Below, piece after piece: positions 48,397 through 62,165 of a DNA stretch of 64,000 bases. Origin of the DNA: Basidiobolus meristosporus CBS 931.73. Lineage: Eukaryota; Fungi; Basidiobolomycota. The DNA is taken from contig MCFE01000162.1 in NCBI GenBank assembly GCA_002104905.1, forward strand, positions 62,001 through 126,000, written 5' to 3'. The position numbers and the translations under genes are program-made. The notes beneath the pieces are model-generated. The model was given only the letters and a program-made list of their open reading frames with translations. It searched no databases and was not told the origin of the DNA. How positions within the stretch are numbered: the first letter of the stretch is position 1; each line of letters opens with the position of its first letter.

Positions 48397-49996
48397 TTAG
48401 ACCCCGAAGTAATAGCATAGAGCGGGACTGCCCAACGTAGCCCACCAACCAATTCCGCTGTACACTATCAGCTTGGTGAGGATGTCTACGTCGTAGCGGG
48501 GCAGGATCGAGTCCTGCTCCTTCCGGAATTCAATAAGCTCTTTCTCGAACTCCAGAATCTCTTGGGGTGAATGGGCATTCTGCGGTGGTGAGCAGCCTTT
48601 TCGATCCCTGACGTGGTTGGCGGACGGGTCGCTTGCGCTTGTCTTGAGCTCGAAGGACTCCTTCACATCAATGGCCGATTTGGGCCCAACGGTTTCGGTG
48701 AATGTATCGAGGTTCACTACAGATGGAACCATAGAGATGGAGGTTCGATTCAGTGTTTTGTATTTCCGTGCGGGCTTGTGGAATTTTCTCACTGGCAGGT
48801 TGAATAGCTTATATACGCCGGGCAATACGAGATAGCACACCTTCTTGGCCACTATTCTCCAGCCAATTATCATCACAAATCCTATCAATACCCTCATCAC
48901 GCTATGTACCAGTCCCGCCTGTGCGAATTGATACTGGAACGTAGCCTGGATGGGTTTGGTCCAAAATGATGATCCGTTTGCGCCTTGCCACGAACCAAGG
49001 TACACTCCAATGATGGCACCTAAGGAGGCCACGCTATCCTCGAAGCAGGGGCAGGCATCGATGGGGTCCGGTTGATAATGAACAATCAGGATCAACGTGG
49101 AGATAAGTGTTACCAGCACAAGCACGCTTGGGAAAAGAATGATCTTCTCAATGATGGGCTGTCCCACATGAAACACTACCCAGAGGATCGTACCAAAGAA
49201 GATGCCACCAAGGATGTCAGTTATGCTGTGCATACCACAGTAGATTCTGCCGAAAGACACTGAAAACATATACAGCATGGAGAGGGCACCGAGGAACAAC
49301 TTCATTTCAAAACCGAGCGCAGAGCCATAGGTGTATGACAAAAGGCTTAGTCCCACTCCCACGCAACAGGCAGTGTGGGTTGATGGAAACCCATACTCCA
49401 AGTGATGGGTCTTGTTAATGGATAGGCGGTGGACAGGTGGGGAAGCAGGTCGTGGAAGACACAAATAGTCCTAGCCGCAGAAGATTCACGTCAAGTTGGG
49501 TTAGAGACTTTCCATATTCAGGCTGTAGCGTACCTTGGCAATGGCAGTTATCACAACCCCGTAAAGAAGAAGGTGAACCATTCTGTACAAGGGGAAACCG
49601 AGTGAGCCTCTGCGTCAGCTGCACACTTCAGAGATCAACTTACTCTCGAGCCAGGCCAGGAATACCAAACATGAAGAGATGGGGTAGAATTATTAAGAAG
49701 GTTAAGTGGTTACCCAAAACCGCTGAGGCAATGAAATATTGGTCGAGAAATGAGCATCTGAGGGAAGCCTAGTCGTAAGTGGCGTTAGAAGAAGTCTTGG
49801 AAGGATGCCTGTTCAAGGCTCTTGCCTGGATTTTTGCGAGAAGCTCGCTCTCTTGGCGTACAAAACGAAGAAGCTTATTTCTTAAGGCTGCCCTGTGGGG
49901 CGGTAAGATGCTATCATAGAGATGCTCGGGAAAGGTTATTTTCGTTAAATTAAAGTCCGTCTCTCTCGTTTCCTCGTTGACTTTTTTCTCGGTCAT
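48397..49996 (-). CDS. LCB3: Sphingoid long-chain base 1-phosphate phosphatase (PAP2 family, Lcb3/Ysr3-like), 4 exons
   Basis: LA.IQ...R...LD.YF...A.LG.H; KDYLCLPRP.SPP; EYGFPSTH; SV.FGRIYCGMHS..D; DACPCFEDSVA..G; YD.D.LTKL.VY.GIG. Confidence 0.9.
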
Positions 49997-51901
49997 TGTG
50001 AGGGAAGTTGGCTTAGAGAAGACTTGGGGAAAGTGTGGTGTTTAGGTCCAGCGGTGGAGTTAAAAGTGCCCTCCCTTAATGAGTAAAATCTTTTCCGGTT
50101 TTACACCAAAATCAAGTAACATTAAGACTCCAGCATTTGCGATCAATTCAAGGCTCATGATTCTAATAAAATTTGTAATCCCGTGGAGGCTCATTGGTAA
50201 GGAATGGCAAATGAGGGAGCATCAGTTCATCGCTGCACAATTGTAATGATTTCTGTTAGCTTGGCTTCTCACTCGCTTAAATTGTATTTAGATTCTATTA
50301 AACTCTTACGGATTGGGGCTGTGTAGTCTGTTTCAATTTTGGTGCTGAATCCTACAGATCGAGTAATATGCAGGAGAGTTTCACATAGAGTTCATCGGCT
50401 AGAAATAGTCAAAGGTTCTAGAACAGGTCACTGTGATCATTATTTATCCAGGAAAGTTGATATAAAGAGCGATTCAGCTACCCGACTATCCAGCTGCGTA
50501 CGGGCTGATATCCCACGTAGCGGAGTGAGGGTGCTGACCAACCGTGCTTGTGGTCATTTCTCCGAGTTTGCCGGAAACTGGCAGCTACGTTCTGCCTGTC
50601 TTCGGCGTTGCGCAAGACCTTTAGGAACTGTCAAGCTGGTATTGCTTTCACTTGTTGCCATCGATGAGGCAACAACGTGTGTGCATTGGTGATGTAGAAT
50701 AAAAGCCCTACACACAGAGATGAAGGGCGCGTGTTCCCATGATTTTGGCATCAACCAAACCAAATATTCCAGTGGTATCTTGTAATTGGAATCTATGATC
50801 GTTTCAGACGGGAATTCCCGAACATCAGCATCAGCATCAGCACCAGCATCACAGTGCCACGCTCAAGACCAGCACTAACACCCTGCCCAGCTTAGACTCT
50901 CCTTCCGGTGGTCATCGAGGCGTCCCCCCTCATCCACCCATTCTTCTATTAGCAACAGCCGTTGGCACAGATCGAATCGACATCATCGTGAAGTCCAGCT
51001 CAACGGTGGAAGCCTCAGCGTACCCCAATACAGTGCCATTCCAGTTTAAGGTACATCGACAGAACTATCATTTGTGAGTCTATTAGTGAGAATAGATACA
51101 TACATCATGGTGAAACATTTCCACGCTTTGACCGGAGTCTCATCGACTGGTAATTAGGACTCCGGCATCTACGGAACTCGAGTACCTCAGGATCCTCTAG
51201 CCTACCAACCGCGCAGATCTAAAATTGAAATGTTCAGTTACAATGATGATCAATTCAGCCCCAGTAGTCTACGAATTGGCAGAATTGGCAAGGCCTGATT
51301 AAGCTGGCATTGAATACAATTAGGCCGCCAGAAGTCCCTCGAAACTCCCAAGCGGATCACCAAGATCATCGGCCACCAGGTATTTGCGCAACCTTCTGAA
51401 GGCAGCTGCAACAGCGCTTATTACTAATGCACCGGAAGAGCGAGGGGTGGGCTCTCTTTGGTTCTAAATTATCGGAATGATCGGAATGCCCTGGATTGTT
51501 GGATATGGGAAAGCCCACTCTGCCCATTCTCGTAAGGCACCTAGACCAATAGATCTCTGGGCTTCCATGTTCAGATGAACTTTTTCCCTGACCTCAAAAT
51601 TTTCCCACGAAGCGCATCGTTATTTGGCCAGTGAACTTTTCTGAGTGAAGTGATGGCGAGGTGCCTCTGGCTGCTCAGTTGGTAGGTAAACAATAATCAT
51701 ACGTATTCAATAACATCAGGTGAAAATTTCGCGTGAGAATTCCGAGATTTCTACTATTCCATGTTACTATAAATATGCAGCGGATTTCAAGGATCGCCTA
51801 CCATTTTCGTTGTGACCTTGGGTTTGCTGAACAGCTTTACTGGGAATCCTTTTTCTTCCAAAGTTTACTTTACCTTGTTCCCCCGGTTAGAAGCCAATAA
51901 A

Positions 51902-52561
51902 ATGCCAATTGCTTACGTCTGTCGCACTGCGAGCTTCTCTGCTGCTCATCGTCTCCACTCGCCACTGTTATCTATCGAAGAGAATAAAGAGATATTTGGG
52001 AAATGTAACCACCCGAATGGACATGGACATAACTACAAGGGTAAGTGGAAATACATGGCTAGCAATTCGGCAACAGCGAAGTTTATCAACACGGTTTTTC
52101 TTGTTTAGTGGAGATCATTATCAAAGGCGAAGTATGTGACTGACCTTGGTTGGAAGTGAATGGTTTGCTGATCTTTCAATTTAGGTAGATCCGCTTACAG
52201 GCATGGTGATAAATTTGACCGAATTAAAGCAGATCATGGAGGTTGCCATTATGGATGTGTTGGATCACAAGAATCTGGTACGCTTTTATTTCCTTGTTTC
52301 CTGCAATGCTGCAGACGTTAACCCTTCGTTTCAGGATAAGGACGTGGAGTATTTCCAGGACAAGCCAAGGTACGTTTAGGGCAGTCTGTACGCGCGGCAA
52401 CTTGATAGTAATATTTTACCCTTCGCCAAAGTACTACCGAGAACCTGGCTATCTTTATTTGGAAAAGCATGCAAGAGCATATAACATCATGCCAACTTGA
52501 CGAAGTTAGAGTCCACGAGACTGACAACAACACAGCTATATTTAGAGGAGAGGGGCTATAA
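51902..52561 (+). CDS. PTS: 6-pyruvoyl-tetrahydropterin synthase (animal-type PTPS), 5 exons
   Basis: [55 protein letters not shown]......IM..LDHKNLDKDV.YF...[11 protein letters not shown]........L..V.VHETD.N...F.GE. Confidence 0.95.
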
Positions 52562-53746
52562 TGTTTTTGGTTCGCCAGCATTCATTGTATGTATTTCTAT
52601 TTTCCTATCGCTCTAAGCCTCCCATATAGGATCCTCCATGTGTACGTATGTGTATGTCATGTTAAGCTATGTTGCGTTTAGAATGGCCAAGAGAATAAGT
52701 TGTTCATCTTATCATGTAAGATCATAGATTATGGAATTTGCGTCAATATAAAGTGTTACTACCTTTCAGGTTTGTCTATATTACGTTCCACTTGAGTGGC
52801 CACTCACCGGATAGACTGCTATTCAAGGTGGTGTAGGTAGCATGAACAGCATGAAGGGCACTTAAACCAGCCTGTTGGTGTTGGATGTGCGCCAATGGTG
52901 AGATTCAACAATTGTGGTGCTTGATACATGCTACACAGAGCCCCTTTTCCAGCGCGATATACATCAAGATGGCATTTGGGAATCTGGATAAACATCAATA
53001 CTTCACTCGATAATCCAGTATTTGAATCACTGTGATGACATGGAGTCTCCATTGTAGTACATCCAAAAACCTAAATTCAATCACTTGGCGGCTAATCATA
53101 TGTCTGCTCGCTTCGTCCATCAGTGTTGGCTAGAGCCTGCTCAGTTGGGCATTCTTCAACAGCCTTTTGTATTTGAAGTCCTAGTCTACCTTCACAGCCA
53201 TTGGTGACTATTTGTATGCAATTTGCAGGCAAAAATATTCATGCTACATACCATTAAAATCTCACCCATGGCTGTTGATGTTCTTACAGCCGCCACCAGC
53301 TGAGCAGCATGTACTGAGCGTTATTGGTGCGAGTGTGAGATACGTAGAGTGGTAATTAATACTGTATTACGTACGACTATTTGATGCATCCTGCTGCTTG
53401 GATTCCTCATTTTTGGAAGGCTATTTAAGATACGCTACGAAGCTAACTACGACCAAACAAATAGTGCAAGGATGACTAGGGATGGTTGTGGGGAGATTGA
53501 ACAACAGCAGAGCTTCTCACAGGTTTTCAGTCAAGTAAATAACTCTGATCTTTGGCTTGATGTATGGTTAGAATGGAGATATATATATATTGTTGTCTAA
53601 CCTTCAATGGGTGGATTTCAATGAATTTACAACCAAGAACGCAGTATACAAGCAGTACTTCATGTAGTTAGGATATCAAGTTCATGTTCATATGATAGAA
53701 GTGATGAGATGAGGGGTTGGGTTCCATTAGTGATGGACTAGTGGAA

Positions 53747-56073
53747 TCATTCAATATGCTCAACGCGAATCGAGACATCAGCTTCTTTTTCGGGGAGCGA
53801 TCTGGCAGAAACACCAGGGCTATGATCGAGTGGCTCAAGACGTTCAAGGAGCTTGATGTGATCGAGGACTTGGGTGATCTGTTGACAAAAGTGATCCGAT
53901 CCGATCAAGTCGTAGAGGCCTGAAGTCTGGAAGAAACTAAAATGTTGCTCACGCAAGTTTACGAAGTAAATGCCAATCCCACGCGAACGGTAATCCCGCA
54001 TGATCTCTAATAGAATCTGTACAGCGCTAACAACACATTTAGTCCGACAAATATTACAAGACCAAAGCGATTGCATATCTTACCTTGCATCAACCTCAGT
54101 CATATTCTCCACCTCGAATACAACATTGCGAATAGGGCTTAAATATGGCTTTGCCGAAGGATGTACCCGGAAGTCTCCGTACTGCTCACACCGGCGCAAA
54201 CGGTCTTTTAAGGAGCCGGAGTTGGCAAAGTGGAGTGGTTCATCGATCTTCAGTATCAATAGACCTTCTGCATGAACAGCCTCTGGAAAGTCTCGAATAG
54301 GCTTGAATTTGTCGTAACTGCCAGGAATTTGTCCCTGTTCATGAAGATAGAAGGTTCAGTAAACATCTCCAGTGCTAGCTCGCCGTAGTTCTTACCAGAA
54401 TAGTGATGGATGGCCTGGTGCTTCTTTTGACCAAGGTCAACAGTGCCAAGCTGATAGAAACAAAAGTGCCAACCTCAATACCAACAGCAATTGTCAACAC
54501 GAAGGTCAACACCATCAAAGCAAGATCGGTAACTGCTCGAATTCTCCATAGGAACAGAATATCGCCTGGTGCCTCGAGCACCATACCGGTACCTGCTACA
54601 AAAATTAATGACGAGAGAACCGCCTTTGGCAGAAACTCGAAGCAGGGGAGAAGGTATAAAATTGCCACCATCACAAGCAGTGAGCTCATTAATCCTGCCA
54701 TCTGAGTTCTAGCTCCAGCAGAATTCGCCAAACGACTTCTGGGCATAGAGCCAAAAGCTGGCATGGCTTGGAAAAGCGAGCCTGTAATGTTGGATATGCC
54801 TAGTGCAACCAACTCCCTATTTGGCGACACGGGGTAGTTGTGCAGTGTGGCAAAGCTTTTCGTAATCGCGGCAGATGACACAAAGCCAAGTAACGATATA
54901 AGAACTGCAGGAACAGCCAGTTCTCTGATACGATTGTGGTCGAAGATGGGGGGAATGTGAGGGAAGGGAATGGATCCCTTTTCGAGCTTGCCAACTACCA
55001 ATACTCCTTGTTCTGACCATTCGAAAAGCCAGCAAGCTATGGTTGAGATTATCACCACCATTAGAAATTCGGGCAAGTACTGAACGTAGGGTTGCTTGAA
55101 TCTGCGTTTGAGATCTTGCACCACAAATAAAAACCCGACACTAACAAGAGATATGGTGGCAGTGAGCAGGTGGGTAGACCCCATGTTGAGGATAACAAAA
55201 ATCAGTTTCTGAAGAGTCGTATGGTCGCGAGGCTTGACCAGACTGTCAAGCCCTAAAAGGGTGATTGACTGACCCACTAGAATAATGACACCGATTGCGG
55301 TGATAAATCCACGTAACAATGCTCTTGACAATAATGAGTCGAGAAAGCCTACTCGAAGCAAGCCAAGGATCAACGTAAAAGTGCCTACGAGGAAACTGAT
55401 TACCGATGCAGTAGCAATCGCCTCAGTCACCATCATTTGTGGGTCGGTAATATCTGCAATACGGGCGGCAACGGAGAATCCGACAAGAATTGCTGCGACT
55501 GACTCAGGACCGACGCTCATTTGTCTAAGTGCGCAGGCCTTAGCATATATTCTCAAGAAAATGATAAAAAACCTCGATACATACCTCGACATACCAAAAA
55601 ACGCATATATAATACCAGGAATGCAGGCGGTGAATAGGCCATATACCGGTGGTAACCTGGCTAGAGCCGAAGCATAGGAGAGACTCTGGGGTACACTCAA
55701 GCATACGACAGTCAACGCACTAAACAGATCTCTGCCAAATAGCATCAACGAGTATTCAGGAATCCATTTGAGCGCAGGAACATAGTATTTGAAGCGAGTT
55801 GATATATCCTCAAAGCTCCAGTTGTTGCTTAGTAGGGTTGATTCAACTTGGGAATAGGAATCTAAGGATGTAGCTGCAGTACATGGAATGGTGAGTTCAT
55901 ACACAATAAACAGATAAAACAAAAATGGGGGCTCAATGCCGCCAGCGATTCCGGGCCATCTGTAACACACCTGAACGTACGGAGCTATAGCTTGCGCGTC
56001 TCAGGAGAGGTGCCTTGGAAGGCCGGGTCTCAAGTAGGCCCTCGGTCTCTCGGGAATCGTGTGAACTGGTCAT
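53747..56073 (-). CDS. SulP/SLC26 anion (sulfate) transporter with STAS domain, YPR003C-like
   Basis: YYVPAL.WI..YS; SLSYA..LA.LPPVYGL; MSVGPE; GF..AIG; NREL.ALG..N; FG...RS......GA.TQ; LP.A.L..I; STAS region ..E.L.F.N. First exon starts MTSSHDSRETEGLL at 56073. Confidence 0.9.
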
Positions 56074-57277
56074 GTTGGTCTACGTCGAATGCGCTTCTCA
56101 GACTAACGATATTATGTTCGCCAAGGATAAACACAGGTCAACAGAAGTGCGCCTAACCAAGTATTGAGGAGCTTCGATCAGAAATAAGACAATTGCTCTG
56201 GGGTTTTATAGTAGCTTTTTGATTAGAATGAGCGAGTGGTTGCTTAAGATTGATACCCAGACGGTAATGTATCAGACATACAGTAATGGAATGAATAGAA
56301 ACAATGATGTTCAATATGAAGTTCTAATTACCCATTACACACCCACCCAATATATAATGGTTTCAGTGAGACGCTTAGAGATACGACCATTGATTGGAAG
56401 CGGAAACGAAGTTTAATTTTAGAATTTTTCTTGCATGCGGGTTACAAATCTCCGGGTCCTATGCAGCTTCCACCACTACACCACATGTTAGGTTACTCAT
56501 ATTGAGTATCAAGTCCATGATACACCGACAATGGCTGCCGTCACCTGCATCTTGAGAAAGATCTTATCGTATTTCCCCTTCGCTCGGCCGGATATAGCAA
56601 GTATTATTTGCCGTATTGAATATATGTATCCTGACTGGGTGTTTCCTGTTTGAGGATAGCATTTTACATCATTTTGACTCGCTCGCTCCAGGCCGCCCAC
56701 CAATCAAAAGGTGCCCACCTGATGGGTTGGGGTGCGTGATTGCAGTATCAAGAGCACGGCGATTCTCATTTATTTTAGCTTTGGTGCCCCTTGGATCCCA
56801 GCTATTGCGGAGATCCTCAGGACCACTGACGATATTTCCTAACCAAACCTCATTCCAATTCTTCCCAAACGAGCCAAGGGCCAACCCAGTTGTGCATATC
56901 AGGATGGGTCTAGCTTGACGTTGCCTCGGTGAGATTCAGGATCGAGATTGGACTCGCACTTTTCCATTTGCACTTTCTCTGGAGTCTTGAATGGCGATGG
57001 GATTCCTAACTGCGGCCCATGTGATCCTCTGTAACACTACACCTATTCTTGCTGCACAGATGATGACATCAGGGCTGGCTCACGTTTTACATCCGCTGTC
57101 TTTCCAAGCACACGGCGAATCCATTGGGCAGTTAAGGTGACAGGCTTAGACAGTAGTGCATCTAGTACAGTTTGGGGAATCCCAGTTTAATTCATTTGGA
57201 TAATAGGGAAAGGAGGAGAGGGAATGGGAGGGTGGAAGCATGGAAGGGTCTATTTATATTGAGTTCTAACGACAGGT

Positions 57278-60275
57278 TCAGCTGACCTCCATCGGCTGAG
57301 CCTCGTCCTGGTGCGAATCCACCTCCTGTAGGCTCTTTTGACGGGCCTCGATGTCTTTGACGGTCCATAGACTGACCCCGAGCTGGGATTGCTCTATCGG
57401 TTGGGCCATGGTTCTGAGGAATTTCTTGGCAATCACAAGCGCCATATCGGTTGACAGATTCAGCGTAGGATCCGTTAGGTACTGGTTGATCCATTTAGGC
57501 AACTTGGATCTTTTGTCGGCCCGAGCAAATCGTTTGTCACAGAACACCATTAATCCGTAGTCCGTCTTACCTCGAAGTACACGTCCCACACACTGCGCAG
57601 CATGCCGCATGGCGTCAAATGTCAGGTAATCATTTTCCTTGATACGATAGTTGTCGCGAAGATACTCCAGTCTTGCTTTGAGGATACGGCTTTCGGTGTA
57701 TTGATAGGGAATCCCAAACATGAGTACAGCCCGACCGTAGTTGTGATCAAAATCGATCCCCTCCGAAACTTTACCACGTGCTACAGATAACAGGATGGCT
57801 CCGCGTCCATTGTCACAGGCCTTTCGGTAGTTTTCTAAAGCTAGTGTGGTCTCGGCTGCATCGGGGGTTTCTACGAAAATCAACTTGTGTTTCCATGCGT
57901 CGTTAAGCAAGCCCATCTCATTCCACATGGCCACGATGGATTCCATGTACAAGTAACTGGGAAAGAAAGCCACCACTCCGTCGGGTACTATCTTGGAGTA
58001 CTGAACCAGTATGTTTCCAAAATTACGGACCACAGCGGGATCATTACGCACCTCGAATTTGGAACTGATTGCTACCTGATCGCTGCCACGAGTAATAACC
58101 ATGGGCAGGAAGCAGTTTCTGGTTAGTGTCATAGAGTAACTTTCCTGCACAACGGTCTGGAATTGTAGCATCTTTGGATACATCTCTAGAGGGGACAGGG
58201 TTCCGGAGGTGATGACCACCGTACCGAATCGCTCAAACACCGGTCGGATAGCCAGTGAAGGGTCTAGGCATACCAGATGGAAGAGTGGGTTAGGCACCGT
58301 CGCTTGGTCATTTTCGAAGGGCTCCAAAATCAGCATAAATCCTTTTTCGTACGTAGATACAATAGTGGCAAACTCGGCGATTTTCTGTAGTGATGAGTAT
58401 TCATCAATGTCCGTCAACTCGAGGGTCCTGACCAGCGATGTCAAACGCTCCGCACAAAACCTTCGAAGGATGCTTTAGCATATGGATTCAGCTCACTCTT
58501 CACCTATGTTCTACCAACCTTAAGGGTTTCCGATCAATGTAGGTCAATTCTCTTAAATGCTGCAGAAACGAGTAGGGAGACTCCACCACAACGTGCATTA
58601 CACGCATTCTGGTCTATATATTTCGAGTTAGATTCCTTACTTCCGACAGCAGGGAGGAGGGAATAAGTGCAGTAACCTTAACGTATTCAATGAACCGTCT
58701 CAAGAAAGAGACGAAATGCTCTGCCTTTCGAATGTTTCCAGGTACAGCTTCTTTAAGCACATCGTCAGGTAGCACTGGGTTGGCCATAAAGACATCAGCA
58801 TCTCTAGCTTGGTTTGCCTCACGTAGCCCTGAATATAAGTGTTGACTAGAGTATCAAGGGGGGATCGGCTATATCTTGATCATACCTTCAACCAGTCGAG
58901 AGTACTCAGAACGGAGCTTTTCTGCGTCCTGTTTCTTTAGCCTAAGAACAAGGTGTTAGTCAGCCACGAATACGGTTTACGATATCTATTTACTGACTCG
59001 TCAATGCGCTCAGAAAGTTTGGTTACACTCCGTGCACCAGCCTCTAAGATTGGTCTGGAGATATCGATACTCAACGACTCCATGCAAACGTTATCTGTAA
59101 AATGTGTGCTTAGAGTATCAGTTTGCAATTCAACAACATGATTTTGCAAGAGTGCATACCAATGTTGTGGGCTTCGTCAAACACAACAATTGAGTCTTTG
59201 GAAAGCTCTTTGGACACAAGATCCGCAACTTTTGGGTCTAACAAGTAGTGGTAGCTGTAGATAATGACATTGGCAAATGCGATCTTCAGCATAATGTGAT
59301 GTCAGTAAAGCGTTTGGCCAGAAACTTGATTGTCGTCAGGTCATATTTACCGTTCTTCGAGATAGGTAGTAAGGGCAGAAGTTGTATTCTTTTCCGTATT
59401 GCTTCAGGTCGTCCAAGGTGTAGACACCAGGGGCCAAAAGCATCTTGGAGTCGGCAGCCTCAAGTTGTTCGTAAAAGTTGCATAGTTCGACATTCTCCGG
59501 ATGCACCTTTGCTCGCTCACGAACCCAGGAAGATGTCATGTTCCTGCACCGAGCATCTACAACTCGCCCTTTTTTTTCTCTACTCACCTATTGTTTGGTA
59601 ACATTGGGACTTTAGTGAAAGGGTCCTTCTCAAAATTAAAATAGATTGTTGCCGTACTGTTGGGTGCAGACAGAGATTTCTACGTGAAGTCAATCCCAAG
59701 CCTACTATTTCTTCACGGCATCCCTGCGCGCGTCGATAAGCAACTAATCGTTTCAATTCTGCCAACGCTTTTTCGATCTCCGGTACGGTTCGCGAACAGT
59801 AGACAAGCTTCCGGTTATCTGGATAGAACTTTAAAATTCAATTAGATATGTATTATGAGGTGAAAGGATGGCTTCTGATTGTAGTTAGCATACCTGCTGG
59901 TATGCCAAAATCAAGGAAAGCAGGGTGATAGTTTTTCCGGTTCCTGAAGGCATTTCAAGGATGCAATGACCCTATAATGGAATTGAACTTGCTTTAATTT
60001 CGGATCAGCTAGAAGTACACCGTAAGATATATTACCTTGGCATCCAAGCTACGTTTCAGATCTACCATGTAAGCATATTGCTCAGGATATACATAATCGT
60101 AGGGGAAATATACTGGCAGGCCGTCAACTTCGAAACTTGATTTCCAAGAAAAGAGCCCATTTAGTAGATTGAATAATCCGGATGATTAAAGAGTGTGCAG
60201 TGATAAAGTGCAGGGAATAGTTGGTGTTTTCACTATTACATAAAGTCCTAAATGATTTCTCGATACTTACAGCAT
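57278..60275 (-). CDS. RAD3: TFIIH/NER helicase XPD (Rad3/ERCC2), multi-exon
   Basis: [29 protein letters not shown]; EMPSGTGKT; Fe-S cysteines (RRNLC, DARC, LCNFYE, CPYY); VFDEAH; TSGTLSP; [13 protein letters not shown]; [16 protein letters not shown] at 60275 followed by a 135-bp intron. Confidence 0.97.
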
Positions 60276-61068
60276 ACTGTCTTTAGCAGGTAGTTCTGAA
60301 CTGCAATGGACCTATTGACCGTATCACTGATTTATCCGCAACTATTTGTCTCCAGGGTTACAAATACAAGTCGAGCCAACGATTTTGAAAATTTCAGGCG
60401 GTTACTCGCGGCTATTGGTTCCTCAACAACCAAGCTGCTGCGCCAAAATTGGTGATCGAATACCATTGATTATTTTGCTGAAATCCACTTCATTTAATCA
60501 GTAATCAGTCTAATCATTTGTGACCAGTATCTATGCACTTCGATGAGGTTAGCATCTGTCACTGAAAACTGTTGAAGGTAAAGATAACGGCCAAGATGCT
60601 TCTGAGCGGCAGAAGAATTGAAAAAGAAGTTTGCTGGGTGGAGGGGGTTGGCTCTCTGTCGGCTTAATATTTCTATAATCATTGAAACAAATTATTGGTT
60701 CGTAGAGCTTGGATCGGTGCTAATTTCAAAGGTATTATTTTTATATGGGCCTTCATATATGCAATCGCAGAGTTTGAAGTTACAGCGCCTATCTTAGAAA
60801 TACCTATGCCTGACATTAAGCACACTAGCACATATACTACACTGATGTGTTGCTTAATTCTGGTTAATTAATGACTTTCATTTGCTCACGTATCAATGAT
60901 ACAATCTAAAAGTTGTTTATGTAGATTCATTATCAGGGTGGTTACTTCCCAGCCACAAGTACACCTGCTATTTTTGAGTTTCCTAATCATAAATGATAGG
61001 ATTTCATTTTCTTATATCACAATGAGATTACACCCAAACTGAGTCTCATGCATGTGCGTATTGGAAAT

Positions 61069-61275
61069 CCCTATGAAAAATAATTTTGATGATCCTGTCA
61101 AAAGGCCGTCACAAAATTGAGATCCCGTGACTGAGAGGCATTGATGCTGTCAGAATAAATCGCACCCTGAATGTCCAAAAAAACTTGGTCAAAATTTTTC
61201 ACTTCAACGGCCCTAAGTTGCTGTTGATTGGTTCTCTGCCTTTTCCCTCACTTCCTGATCCTGGGCACTCAATCT
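61069..61275 (+). mobile_element. Isolated CACTA-family left-end relic inside the gene-rich zone
   Basis: CCCTATGAAAAATAATTTTGATGATCC..AAAGGCCGTCACAAA..; collinear with 8736-8960 and 1150-1370 but retains CpGs. Confidence 0.75.
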
Positions 61276-61659
61276 GCTATTAAGTATGCTTTGCCCAAAA
61301 CTTCTCAGAAAGACACCACCAAGGTTCGGTGATTTGCCTTGAAATAGCATGTGTGACTGATTGCATTTGAGCACTTCTCATCTAAATACCTACCACTCGC
61401 ATTTGGATAGAGGTGCCAATCATCAAGTGCTATATCTATGTTCAAGCAGTCAAAATGAAGGTCTGGATTCCTATACAAATCTCCCATTTGCACCCAAATA
61501 CTTATATTAATTTGACCACTTAAATCCTAGTACATAAGCATTATTATTTTTGGACCAGATTCTTGGATGTGTTTTTACTTGGAACACTTTTCACCCAAGT
61601 GTCTGGCCCTCAGGGAATGATATCACTTACCAATAACTCAGATGGCAAAGAATTAGCTA

Positions 61660-62165
61660 TATACTTGAAAACTTTCATCAGCTGTGTATTGGCACTAGCT
61701 GATAGAAATAGATGGTCATAGTCAACTGCAATAGTAACATACTGTTTAGTACTGCCAGACTCAATTGAAGAGGAGGGAATTGTCACCACACAAATTTGCC
61801 AGTATCATAAAGATCTCTGAGAAGCAAAATAGTGCATGTGATATATTGGTAGGTATACACAATAGCCAAGAAATTATTAAAATTGCTTATGTAAAGAGCT
61901 GCACCACACAGTGTGTCCCTCTGCCAACCAAGTTCTTGGAGAAAGCTTACTTAAAGAATGGTTTGCTAGCTATTTTCCAAATAAATTGATGAGTCCAGGT
62001 AGCTACTAGTCAAGAGATAGAGTGCCAATGCTATTCTACAGGTGAGTTCTATTCCATTTGAGGTATGCCAGTTTACTATACAAGTATATTGATAATGGTA
62101 ATATTATCAGGCAGAGCTGGACAAATAGGGTATAACTTGGCAAAGTATCAGGCTGTAGAGCTATT
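61660..62165. mobile_element. Degraded fragments resembling the CACTA-family right arm
   Basis: Loose similarity to 500-720 and 27700-27960; AT-rich and CpG-poor. Confidence 0.35.

Noticed and set aside
50550-51120. Spliced minus-strand gene with a (CATCAG)n repeat
   Set aside because: Apparent exons cannot be joined without stops and no domain was recognised; at best a relic.
56200-57200. Short ORFs between the transporter and RAD3
   Set aside because: No recognisable motifs or consistent splice structure.
61305-61660. LINE reverse-transcriptase fragment (YKYLG)
   Set aside because: A single short motif among stops, with no other RT blocks.
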